The notes beneath the pieces were generated by a model. It worked only from the letters and a program-made list of their open reading frames with translations. It did not search any database and was not told where the DNA came from. Made by a program: the position numbers and the translations under genes. Below are positions 1-11,040 of a DNA stretch of 64,000 nucleotides, one piece after another. How positions within the stretch are numbered: position 1 is the first letter of the stretch; each line of letters starts with the position of its first letter. Source of the stretch: Octopus vulgaris (lineage: Eukaryota); NCBI GenBank assembly GCA_951406725.2, contig OX597838.1, positions 41,044,001 through 41,108,000 of the forward strand, in the 5' to 3' direction.

Positions 1-102
1 GGATGTTAAATGATGATGATGATGATAATGTAAAGGTTCCCTTGTTGAATAAAAGAGAAAAGAGTGATAGAGTGAGAGAGAGATGTGTTTAATAAAACCC
101 AC

Positions 103-233
103 CTGAATTTTGGCACCTTTGTAGCGGATGACACCTGGTACCGTTGTTAGGGTGGTGAACTCATAGGCTGCTACCTCTGAATACACACCAGCTAAGTTAC
201 TCAATAATGTTGACTTCCCGACAGATGGAAAAC
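103..233 (-). CDS. DRG1: DRG1 (developmentally regulated GTP-binding protein 1) coding exon 3; gene continues beyond the left edge
   Basis: Hand translation gives (G)[43 protein letters not shown], with the G1 P-loop and OBG-family YEFTTL G2 motif. Acceptor cttctAG at 235-234, donor CAG|GTgggt at 102-101. Phase matches exon 2. Too short for the ORF track. Confidence 0.96.
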
Positions 234-369
234 CTAGAAGGCAAAGAAAAGAGAGAGAGAAAAAAAGGGAGACAATAAGAAAGCAAGAGAGAAATATAAG
301 AAAGAAAAAAGGAAAGTCGCCATCATTATTATCATCATTGTTGTTGTCTAGGTTTTTTATTTTTTTGTT

Positions 370-925
370 TTTTCCCCATGTTAGTTAGTTAATTTTTGGC
401 TCAAAAAGCAAAAAGCAAGGCCATGGGGGGGGACATGGAGTTATGTACAGGGTGGTGTTCATGTAAAGAGTTCAGGCCACTTGTGGTCAAGGGAAACTTT
501 GAACCGAGCGGTCGTCGGCATCTTCACCATCTCGTCCGGCAGCTTATTCCACGGATCCGCAACCCGGACGGAGAAAGCCCCTCTCCTTCGGTTGAGATGA
601 AATCGTCGCAGATAGAGCTTTTCGGAGTGACCCCCGCAGCCGACACTCTGGAGCAGGAGTGAAGAACAGCTCTTTCGATAGGTTACACTTTCCGCTTATG
701 ATGTTGTGAGCGAGAATGAGATCACCACGGCGTCGTCGTTTTTCTAGAGAATAAAGGTCAAGCGTCTTCAGCCTTTCTCCATAAGACAAAGTCTTGAGAC
801 CAAGAACCATGCGGGTAGCCAGCTCCTGGACTCTTTCGAGATGATGTATGTCTTTGAGGAGATAAGGAGAAGAGGCTTGAATCCCGTACTCCAATATGGG
901 TCTCACCAGCGTGACATAGAACGTG
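370..925 (-). mobile_element. CR1/L2-group LINE 3' fragment (5'-truncated, frameshifted)
   Basis: ORF 544..906 RPILEYG...LERVQ...LSYGERLKTLDLYSLEKRRRRGDLI is the typical CR1-group post-RT C-terminus; short (TAAC)n-like tail. Confidence 0.85.
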
Positions 926-934
926 CTGAATAAG

Positions 935-1190
935 ATTTAACTTGGGAAGTCTGCTACAGACATTGATCCTGCTTTGGCAAGCTTATGACAAAGCAACGAG
1001 TCATATGCATTGTTTCGAGTGACACGGGTGCTTCAAAACGAAAGAGACATCTGGAAGACCTGCCACAAGCATCACCGCCAGAAATGTGGTATGGTGGATT
1101 AAGAATTTGTCCTCCTAGGGCCAGACTGTCAATCGAGAATTGTACTGCAATGTTTTAAAGCATTTCAAGGAGGGGATTCGGCAAAAGCAG
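935..1190 (+). mobile_element. Degraded mariner fragment
   Basis: Similar to the interior of the mariner derivative at 61105-61890 (ggaagtctgctacagac(a)...). Confidence 0.5.
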
Positions 1191-1492
1191 CCCCAGCTCA
1201 GAAATTCTACCTGTTATATGTTCAAACTGGCTAGATCTAGCCTCTCACACCGACCCTACAATGTCATTCTAAAAATAAGCAATCACACCATTGAAATCTC
1301 AAAGCTACAGGACAATGTAAGATAAAGCAATTCCTGCCCAAATACAAGTGTAAATACAGTGAAATTTTCAACAGAACATGGGTTTTTTTCTTTTTCAATG
1401 TTTAAAGTGAAGATTACCATTTTTGTAATTACCAATATGTTCCAGCTTGGAAGACTTACAAAATGAAGAGAAAATAAAATCAATAAATAATA

Positions 1493-1903
1493 GGCGCAGG
1501 AGTGGCTGTGTGGTAAGTAGCTTGCTAAACAACCACATGGTTCCGGGTTCAGTCCCACTGCGTGGCATCTTGGGCAAGTGTCTTCTACTATAGCCCCGGG
1601 CCGACCAATGCCTTGTGAGTGGATTTGGTAGACGGAAACTGAAAGAAGCCTGTTGTATATATGTATATATATATGTGTGTGCGTGTATGTTTGTGTGTCT
1701 GTGTTTGTCCCCCTAGCATTGCTTGACAACCGATGCTGGTGTGTTTATGTCCCCGTTACTTAGTGGTTCGGCAAAAGAGACCGATAGAATAAGTACTGGG
1801 CTTACAAAGAATAAGTCCCGGGGTCAATTTGCCCGACTAAAGGTGGTGCTCCAGCATGGCCGCAGTCAAATGACTGAAACAAGTAAAAGAGTAAAGAGTA
1901 AGA
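1493..1903 (+). mobile_element. tRNA-derived SINE, family A (about 400 bp, central TA/TG microsatellite)
   Basis: Head with A-box (tggctgtgtgg) and B-box-like (gggttcagtccc) motifs, (AAAGAGT)n tail; at least 16 near-identical copies in the window. Confidence 0.9.
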
Positions 1904-2025
1904 GTATGGCTGATCGGACAGACCTCAGATTCCCGCTGGGTACTATTTGCAATAACTAATAATTCTGCCCTTTATCAGACACATTTAAAAACTACAAAAT
2001 AGAAAAAAAAAAGAGAGATACCAAC

Positions 2026-2191
2026 CTACAAAACCAATTCGTGCATCTCCAGTCTTGGCGACGTCAAAGCCCTCACCACCACCTCCACCGCCGCCTTTTG
2101 GTTCAATGAGCTCCCGTCTCAGTTTAGCCAGCCGGGCTTTTAGTAGCCCTAAGTGACCCATGGTCGCTTTGTTCCTCTGAGTCCTGGCCAT
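2026..2191 (-). CDS. DRG1: DRG1 coding exon 2
   Basis: [55 protein letters not shown](G); the poly-Gly linker and [13 protein letters not shown] are DRG1-type, not DRG2. Acceptor tttAG at 2193-2192; phase-1 donor G|GTtggt at 2025-2024 joins exon 3 in frame. Confidence 0.96.
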
Positions 2192-2910
2192 CTAAATAAC
2201 AAACAAGCATAATATTAATGTTATCATTAGTGCAGTCAATCAAGTGCTTAGCTGTATTTCATCTGGGGTTTTGTGTTAGGAGTTCAAATCTTGTTGAGGT
2301 CAACTTTACCTTTCGGCCTTTCAGAGGTCGATAAAATAAAGTACCAGTGAAGTACTAAGATTGATATAATCAACTAACTATGAATCCCTAAAATTGTGGG
2401 CCTTGTGCCAAAATGCAATTTATCATTATTATCAATAAAAAATAAGGCAGTGATCTGGCAGAATCATTAGCACTTCAGACAAAATATTTAGCATCAATTC
2501 TGCTGGCTTTGCATTCTGAGTTCAAATTCCGCTAAGATCAATCTTGGTTCTCGTCCTTTTGGGGTTCATCATGGTTTTTTTCTATGCTTGGTATGGGCTG
2601 GACAGTTCGACCAGAGCTGGGAAGCTGCACCAGGTTCCGGTCTGATTTGGCTTGGCTTCTATGGCTGGATGCCAACCACTTTACAAGAGTGTGCTGGATG
2701 TTTGTAACATGCCACTGGCACAAGCGGTTTTATGTGGCACCAGCATGAATGCTTTTTATGTGGCACTGGCATAGGACCCTTACAGGCCAATGCTCTTCAC
2801 CAGGGGGTGCGGCCTTAACACTTCTGCTATGGAGGACTGGCCTTCTTGAGTACAGCAAGGCGCTAGGCATCTTGGTCCTAAGCACTGAGATCAATGTAGT
2901 AATTGACCAT

Positions 2911-3345
2911 CATCATCATTGTTCGACCGTGGTCGAGACAATGGAATTTACCATGCTACGCCAGACTTCACGGTCCATCATAGCATTACGGAGGTCCTGT
3001 TGCTGGATGCCTGTATCCCTGGAGATTACATCAGGGTAGGAGAGTGTGCGCCCTCTGGTATCGCGAGTAGATGGATTCCAGAGGAGAAGAGTAGAAATTG
3101 CCTCTTTTTCAGCTCTACAACAATGTCCAGCAAACTGGACTCTCTTACCTTTCACAAGAGATGATACAGGTGGTAGTTTCCCATATATTTGCATTTTGGT
3201 TGGATGACACTTCCATGAGAGATTTTGAGCTCTCATAAGGAGGCGAGTGTAGGTTCCATCCAACCGCCTCTCAAGCCTCTTTGATAACGTCCAGGTTTCT
3301 GAGCCATATAGTAGAATTGGTTTGACTGTGGCTTTGAAGATTAGT
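2911..3345 (-). mobile_element. RTE-type LINE 3' fragment (SIVSTTVEQ family)
   Basis: ORF 2916..3467 contains LLYGSETWTL...RVQFAGHC...DREVWR, running straight into a (TGA)n tail; four copies in window. Confidence 0.85.
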
Positions 3346-3372
3346 ATCTTGTAATTGACTAATTCTCTCCCC

Positions 3373-3589
3373 TTAACTCTTCTGATACCAACATGGCTGA
3401 AACCAGCTCTGGCTCTGCAGTACAAATGCCTTGTTTTCATAAGTTTTGAATTAAAATCTTCCACCAAACCTTAGTCACAATTTATGTTCCTAACACTAGC
3501 TTAATGATAACTAAATTCTTTGCTATATTTAAAATCAATTGAAAGAAACACAGAGCACCCCAAAATAAATACGGTAATGAAAGGGTTAA
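3373..3589. mobile_element. piggyBac-like MITE
   Basis: TTAA on both sides, with ends c(t)ctt...aaggg. Confidence 0.6.
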
Positions 3590-3631
3590 ATGTGCTGGCC
3601 TTGTGTCAGAATTAGAAACAATTATTTATAT

Positions 3632-3958
3632 CAGTGCGTCTTAAACTTATTTCATTCATGACCCCATTTTTAATCACGAGAATTTTCGTGACCCCAGGTA
3701 TTAAATATGAAATAAAACATACAAATAAATACATAAACATTTATTTTTTTTATGAACAATATACACATAATATAGGTGCAGGGGTGGCTGTGTGGTAAGT
3801 AGCTTGCTTCCCAACAATGTGGTTCTGGGCTCAGCCCCACTGCGTGGCACTTTGGGCAAGTGTCTTCTGCTATAGCCTGGAGCCAACCAAAAGCCTTGTC
3901 AGTGGATTTGGTAGACAGAAACTGAAAGAAGCCTGTCCTACACGTGTATGTGTGTGTG

Positions 3959-4013
<55 letters not shown>

Positions 4014-4477
4014 GTGTGTGTGTCTGTTTGTCGCCCCACCATCACTTGACAACCGATGCTGGTGTGTTTACGTCCCCATAACTTAGCGGTTCGGCAAAAG
4101 AGACCGATAGAATAAGTACTAGTCTTACAAAGAATAAGTCTTAGGGTCAATTTGTTCAACTAAAGGCGGTGCTCCAGCATGGCTGCAGTCAAATGACTGA
4201 AACAAGTAAAAGAGTAAAAGAGAAAGAGAGACCTAAATCGAATAAAACTTTAACAGGTATTGTTATTTATACACTTATTAAGGTGAACACAAACTAACTA
4301 TGCTGAAAATAGATATCTTGTCACTGCACTAGTTGCAACGGTGCTGAATGTGCATTTTATTACTGCAGCACTTGCATGGTGCATCACGTTAAATATTGTG
4401 CATTTGTGAAATAACATATAAACTGAAATTCAGGTGTTTGAATTTAATTTTCGTAACCCATAGTTTAAGAAGCACTG
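3632..4477. mobile_element. hAT-type MITE with a nested SINE A
   Basis: TIRs cagtgcgtcttaaact / agtttaagaagcactg and exact 8-bp TSD ATTTATAT (3624-3631, 4478-4485). Confidence 0.8.
3775..4225 (+). mobile_element. SINE family A
   Basis: Full-length match to 1493-1903. Confidence 0.9.
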
Positions 4478-4496
4478 ATTTATATCAATAATATTT

Positions 4497-4718
4497 ACTT
4501 TCTTATTTCTTTATTGCTCACAGAGGGAACAAACAAGGACAAAGGGATTAAGTCGATTACATCGACCCCAGTATGTAACTGGTACTTATTTAATCGACCC
4601 CGAATGGATGAAAGGTAAAGTCGACCTTGGTGGAATTTGAACTCAGAATGTAACAGCAGACGAAATACCACTAAGCATTTCGCCTGCTGTGCTAACGTTT
4701 CTGCCAGCTCGCCGCCTT
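4497..4718 (-). mobile_element. SINE family B (ggcggcgagctggcagaaacgttagc head)
   Basis: Matches copies at 18006, 28686, 54206 and 55728; B-box-like gagttcaaattcc and conserved cctttcatcctttcggggtcgat core. Confidence 0.85.
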
Positions 4719-5035
4719 CATCATCATTGTTCGACCGTGGTTGAGACAATGGAATTTACCATGCTACGCCAGATTTCACGGTCCATCATGGCATTACGGA
4801 GGTCCTGTTGCTGGATGCCTGTATCCCTAGAGATTACATCAGGGTAGGAGAGTGTGCGCCCTCTGGCATTGCGAGTAGATAGCTTCCAGAGGAGAAAAGT
4901 AGAAATTACCTCTTTTTCAGCTCTACAACAATGTCCAGCAAACTGGACTCTCTTACCTTTCACTAGAGATGACACAGGTGGTAGTTTCCCATATATTTGC
5001 ATTTTGGTTGGATGGCGCTTCCACGAGAGATTAGA
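4719..5035 (-). mobile_element. RTE-type LINE 3' fragment (SIVSTTVEQ family)
   Basis: ORF 4724..5041 is near-identical to the 2916 copy. Confidence 0.85.
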
Positions 5036-5397
5036 AGGCATAAAAACTCAAATTTGTAGAAGTTTTGTTGATTAAATAAACCCCGGTATTTTATTGGTAC
5101 TTTATCTTATCGTATCTCGAAGAAATGATAAGTAACACTCAAATCTGAAGGATTTATACTCAGAAAGTAAAGAGCTTGAAGCTATACCAAGACTTTCTGT
5201 GAGTGGTAAGAAGCTTGCTTCCTAACCACACATGGTTTTGTGTTCCCTCTCACAGCATGGTAGGTAACTTAGTTAAGTGTTGCCTGCTATAACCAAGGGC
5301 TGATCAAAGCCTTGTATGTGGATTTAGTAGGCAGAAACTGAGAAATATATATATGTATGTGTGCGCATGTGTGTGTGTGTGTGCATTTATATATGTA

Positions 5398-5843
5398 CTA
5401 GCACTATGACCCGGCGTTGCCAGGTCTAGTGCTTGTTCATTGCTGGGTCACAGTAAGAATTTCTCACTAAATCAAGAGCTAAGTTTCTCATCATATTTCA
5501 GCCCGGGCCAGTTTTGTTGTTTATGAGCAAGTTAGAGCTTTTTATGAGAGTAATTGATATTCATTGGACTTCGGTTTTCACACCTGGAATGGCATAATCA
5601 AGGAAAATTAGCGAGACTTTGCACATGCCATTAGTCAGACAAAAAAGGGGATAGAAGAAAGCGAAAAATTCGAATTTGGCTGCAAAATAACTTATGGGCA
5701 TAAGGGGTCAGTTTATCGATTTTTTAAATGGCTTTCTGGGGTGACTGTTTTGAAAGCCCATGGAAAATACGAGCCTTATACATGAAAAACTGGGGATTTA
5801 TATAAAGGACACACAGACATTTTGCCGTTTATAAATATCGAGA
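5398..5843 (-). mobile_element. Non-autonomous Helitron-like element
   Basis: Minus strand starts TC and ends CTAG, inserted between A and T, with a subterminal GC-rich hairpin. Confidence 0.7.
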
Positions 5844-6073
5844 TATGTGTGCATTAATATCTAAATGACTAAACATGAACTGCTATTGGAACTTACATAC
5901 CATGTACTGGAAACTTTACCACTTCTCTACACCATTTTCCTCGAATAATGGAACTGCAGCTACAATATCTTTGTATATTTTATGTTTTATTTCTACTTTC
6001 ATTCTCATATTTCCCTCTATAGTCCCTTATCTCCTTTTCCACAATAATTCGAACTCAAATATTTTCACACACC

Positions 6074-6121
6074 GTCTCTGATGAAGGGATATCCATAATA
6101 TCCCAGAAACAGCTGTAAGAC
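6074..6121 (+). ncRNA. Type I hammerhead ribozyme motif at the end of a Penelope-like fragment (about 5855-6130)
   Basis: gtct-CTGATGA-a-gggatat(ccata)atatccc-a-GAAAC-agct-GTA-agac: stem I, catalytic core, 7-bp stem II and palindromic mini stem III. Confidence 0.85.
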
Positions 6122-6808
6122 TATTTCATTATGTCCTGCCTGGAGTCTGGTGCAGCCCCTCAGCTCACCAGCCCTGGTCAGACTGTCCGACCCATGCCAG
6201 AATGGACAATAAATGATGATGATGATGATGAAAAGACTAAGGCTGACAAAGTCACATTAATGTGACTTGGGTTTCTAAGTCGAAGCAAGAGAAGAAACAG
6301 TCAAATTGGGGACTCGCTTCCGAACCCAGTCAGGGAGACCCGAGTGACAGGATGGTGCACCTGCCCAAATATGACAATAGTATTCCATACAAGGCCAGAT
6401 TGTGAACTGATAAGCATACAAAATGGCCTCAGATGTGAGGTGGTCCTTTGACCTAGCAAATCACAAGGCTTCAATCAGCCCAGGGCCAGAGCTGAAGACA
6501 CTTGCCCCAAGCTGCCACTCAGTGGAACTGAACCTGAAAACCATGTGGTTGGGAAGCAAACCTCTTACCACGCAGCCAAGCTTGCATCTACTGGACACAC
6601 CGGACTAGACAATCAACGGCCTTCTTTCCCACAAAATTTCTGAGTTTTGGCCAGAGGTTTGACATGGCTTTATGGTTAGGGGTTGGTTGGTTGGTTGGTT
6701 GGCATCCTTTTTGTCTCGGGAGACAATGGAGTTGCGCATAAAATAGTCTAGTCCGGCTTTTACATTTCATGTCCTAATACATCTCCTGCTGAGGCTGTGT
6801 AGTCCTAT

Positions 6809-7012
6809 CCTCAATAGACGTCATTGATTGGTTGAAATTGCAGAAATTGAAGAAAAAAAACAACAAATATTATCTTACAAACCATTGAATTTTCTTAATA
6901 AAGCCAAGAGAAAAAGATGCTTTATAAACACATTCTACCAGTATTCGAAGTTTAAAATTTTTTAGTTACCTAGAAATTATGTTAAAAACTGCTGTTCAAA
7001 CCGAAAAGATCC
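6809..7012 (+). mobile_element. Right half of GGATC-TIR MITE (part of a local duplication)
   Basis: Matches 10673-10875 including the right TIR. Confidence 0.8.
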
Positions 7013-8899
7013 GAGTAAAGTACCGTATGCCGGTAGAAATTAAAAAAGTTAGTGCTGTTACTCCACATACTAAAGACTTGTGAAGCTTACAGTGTCTAAA
7101 GATCGATTCTCCCCCTTCAGCACCATCATCATCAGCGCCATCATCATCATAACACTGAATTGACCGTCAATGGGATTGAAGCTCTCATCTCTCACCTATT
7201 CAGAGAAAACGATACATCATCATCATCATCATCATCATCATCATGTATCGTCTGATCTAAAGTGGTGAAAGCTTCAATCTCATTGACGATCATTTCGGTG
7301 TTATCTTGTCCTGCTGTTCTGGCAGGTGCCGCAAATGTAGCGAAGACTTTGCCTCGCTGGTTGTAATGTCATAGTTTCTTGCTAACGTCTTTTCTTGTCT
7401 TTCCATTTCTCCTCTCTCTCTCTACTCGCAATCGTAAGGTCGTATATCTGATTCCCAGCAGCGCATTATGGTCTTGACCAAGACACTTTATTTCATGTTG
7501 CCCCAGTCCTCTCAACCAACGAAAATGAATTGTACCAGTAGTTCAAAAGGGCCGATCTTGTCACAGTCTGTGTCACACTGAATCTCCCTGAGCACTACGT
7601 TATGGGTATGCGAGTCTGTGGAGCGCTCAGCCACTTGCATGCTAATCTCATGAGTAGCATGACACAGATTATGACATGGCTGGCCCTTTTCAATAACAAA
7701 TACAACTCATTTTTGCCAGCAGAGTGGACTGGTACAATGTGAAGTAAAGTGCCCAGCTCAAGGACACAATGCGCTGCAGGGAATCGAAATCACAACCTTG
7801 CTATAATGAGCTGAATACCCCAACCACTAGGCCAAGGGCTCCACCAACTTTGCTTCCTTATAACTTCCAGAAAAATGGATATTTTTTAATGTAATTTCCT
7901 ACAAGTACACTTCAGATGATGTAAATTACGATCATATCAGGATTTAAGGAGTTGATACATGTGATGTGTGTATGTATGCAAGCCCACCGATTTTGTTGTT
8001 GTTTTTGGGGGTTTTTTACATTATATTCGAATATAATCGTAATCTACGCCATCTGAAACGTAGTTGTACAAAATTTCGTTAAAAAATACACAATTTTATG
8101 AAAGTTATGAGGAAACAAAGACGACTGGTGTGAATTTTCCAAAACTCCTCCATCCAGTCTCAGAAACTTTTTTCTTTTTTTCTTATAACAAATTCCGATA
8201 TAACAGTAATCGAACCATCAGAAGCATATTTCTAGACAATTTCACCAAAAAATATATCCATTTTTTCTTCTTTTTTTTTGGACGTTATGAGGAAACAAAG
8301 TCGGGGTGGGGCACATTTACATATTTGTATAGGTAAACCAAATGGAAATAAATGAGAGATGGAGCGAAACATCAAGTCTTTCGAGAGGTAAAAACAGTAT
8401 CGACCCCAGGTGAGATATACAAATACGATGTCTAGCTACGCTAATGGAGAAGACTTTTAATTAAAGCTATTCCAACCGTGACCAACCTGTCCTTTTCTGT
8501 GTTTATGTGTGCGCCCGCGCACAATATCCACCCCACCCCCACCGTTTTGTAAAGACGACAGAGTATGTTTTGACAAAGATTTAGCTGCTATTACAAGCAG
8601 GTCGAACGACCACGTAGCGGCGGTTCACTCGTAGGCCAAATAGACACGTTGTTGTTTGGTCTTATGTCAGCAGGGAACAAAGCGGATTTACGATCGAAGG
8701 TACCAGTCGTGACTATCCCGCCTTTTTTTTTTTTTTTTTTTTTTAAGGGACCTCTACAACTTACTTTATGTCTGTCCTTCCCTATTCGTGAAGAGTAGGA
8801 AATGATTTGAAAGAAATGTGACAGCTATTTCTAGCAGACCACGTATTCAAGAATCAGTCATTGACAACAACGTGCAGAGACAGATCGGTACGCGCGCGC

Positions 8900-8945
<46 letters not shown>

Positions 8946-9019
8946 CACGTACATACCTATACATATACACACACATTTATATGAATATATCTATCTATCT
9001 ATATATATATATATATATA

Positions 9020-9324
9020 ATTATCAATAATAAAGGGTGAAATTAATTAATTTAGAAATAATCATTAATTTCACCAAGTAGAGTTCGGCATGTAAAAGAC
9101 CCATTCAAGGAAGGTTTAAGTAATACTAATTAATTAAGGGTTCAGCAACGATTTGCCTCACCACACACCGAATTTAGAAATAGCAGTCAAAAGTTTTGGC
9201 TATTCTTTCTACTTAAAAGGGATCGCCCTTTTAAGTAGAAAGAATAGCCAAAACTTTTGACTGCTATTTCTAAATTCGGTATGTGGTGAGGCAAATCGTT
9301 GCTGAACCCTTAATTAATTAGTAT
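9020..9324 (-). mobile_element. Palindromic insertion in (TA)n, probable truncated Penelope-like element end
   Basis: Arms 9123-9221 and 9226-9324 (one mismatch seen, 4-nt loop) plus an unpaired tail of about 100 bp; (TA)n on both sides. Confidence 0.7.
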
Positions 9325-9672
9325 ATATATATATATAGGTATGCGTGCATACCTATACATATATGTACAGCACACACACATACATATATCCATGTGTGTG
9401 TATGTATAGGTATATACGTGCGTATATATATATATATATATATATACGTATATATTATATGACGAAGGAATTAAAGCAATAGACAGCAGGCACACACAAA
9501 ACAGGGGCCTACTGTCTTCCTGTAACACATCCAAAATGCATTAAAGGACCAATTTTTGGTTAATTTCTTTCGTAATATTTATTTTTTATTTTTTTTTTAA
9601 ATCCCAAAAAAAAAAAGTGAAGGAGAGAAAAAAAAGTTTTATAAATGAAAAAATAGAATATAATAATATTAC

Positions 9673-9711
9673 CTCATTTTCAATTTCGGCAATTTTTTCT
9701 AGTACACCCAT
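9673..9711 (-). CDS. DRG1: DRG1 coding exon 1 (start codon)
   Basis: ATG at 9711-9709 reads MGVLEKIAEIENE, then phase-0 donor GAG|GTaata. Joins MARTQ of exon 2 to give the canonical DRG N-terminus. Confidence 0.93.
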
Positions 9712-9759
9712 TGTGACCGATTAATTAAGTTCACTTTCCCTGAGAGGACGTAATTAAAG

Positions 9760-9880
9760 GCTTTTTCTCTCAAAGACCTGACTAGAAACATACATCAAAG
9801 AGCCATATGCCGGGAGAAATCGGACAGGAAGTATCGCTGCTCCGCACGCTAGAGAACTCACTTCCGGTTAGCATTATTTT
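9760..9880 (-). promoter_or_regulatory. Probable DRG1 core promoter / 5' UTR
   Basis: Short CpG-containing unique stretch just upstream of the ATG, with ETS-type motifs CAGGAAGT and CACTTCCGG. TSS cannot be placed from sequence. Confidence 0.6.
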
Positions 9881-9944
9881 CCTCAGTTAGTGCCCTTGGC
9901 CTCCTCATCATCAGCAGCAGCATCATCATTATTACGATCATCAT

Positions 9945-10334
9945 ACTCTTTTTTACTCTCATTTACTCTTTTACTTGTTTCAGTCATTTGACTGCGGCCA
10001 TGCTGGAGCACCACCTTTAGTCGAGCAAATCGACCCCGGGACTTATTCTTTGTAAGCCCAGTACTTATTCTATCGGTCTCTTTTTGCCGAACCGCTAAGT
10101 AACGGGGACGTAAACACACCAGCATCGGTTGTCAAGCAATGCTAGGGGACACACACACACACACACATACATATATACGACAGGCTTCTTTCAGTTTCCG
10201 TCTACCAAATCCACTCACAAGGCATTGGTCGGCCCGGGGCTATAGCAGAAGACACTTGCCCAAGATGCCACGCACTGGGACTGAACCCGGAACCATGTGT
10301 TTGTTTAGCAAGCTACTTACCACACAGCCACTTC
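9945..10334 (-). mobile_element. SINE family A
   Basis: Reverse complement of the family consensus. Confidence 0.9.
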
Positions 10335-10428
10335 TGTATCGTTTTCTCTAAAAATAGGGTTTCAATCTCATGGACATTCACTTCGGCCAGTCTTCTCCCG
10401 CTGTCCAAATACATGGAGTAAAGTACCA

Positions 10429-10875
10429 GGATCTTCTCGGTTTGAATGGCAGTTTTTTCTAGCTGTGTCATATGAAATTGTCACCCACAATTATGACCCT
10501 AGAATCGATCTATTGCATTTCAATCTATTTTAGGATTAGGGTTAGTTAGGGTTAGGGTTAGGGGTGGGGCGAAGGGTATCTTTTTTTTTTCTTCACAAAT
10601 GTAAATAAACCCAGTCTGTTTCTTAAACGAGGGACATATTCATTCATACGGCACAGAATGTTTTTTTTCTTACCTCAATAGACGTCATTGATTGGTTGAA
10701 ATTGCTTAATTGAAGAAAAAAAACAACAAATATTATCTTACAAACCATTGAATTTTCTTAATAAAGCCAAGAGAAAAAGATGTTTTATAAACACATTCTA
10801 CCAGTATTCGAAGTTTAAAATTTTTTAGTTACCTAGAAATTATGTTAAAAACTGCCGTTCAAACCGAAAAGATCC
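10429..10875 (+). mobile_element. MITE with about 29-bp TIR GGATCTTTTCGGTTTGAACGGCAGTTTTT and internal (TTAGGG)n
   Basis: Both TIRs present; eight full or partial copies in the window. Confidence 0.9.
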
Positions 10876-11040
10876 GAGTAAAGTACCGTATGCCGGTAGA
10901 AATTAAAAAAGTTAGTGCTGTTACTCCACATACTAAAGACTTGTGAAGCTTACAGTGTCTAAAGATCGATTCTCCCCCTTCAGCACCATCATCATCAGCG
11001 CCATCAACATCATAACACCGAATTGACCGTCAATGGGATT

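Noticed and set aside
1283-1959. Recurring ORFs such as RQASFSFRLPNPLTR and DRISTGLTKNKSRG
   Set aside because: Chance frames through SINE A copies.
9673-9711. DRG2 assignment from the MGVLEKI start
   Set aside because: Exons 2 and 3 carry DRG1-type residues throughout.
10528-10570. Interstitial telomere or chromosome fusion site
   Set aside because: The few TTAGGG units are an internal part of a multicopy MITE.
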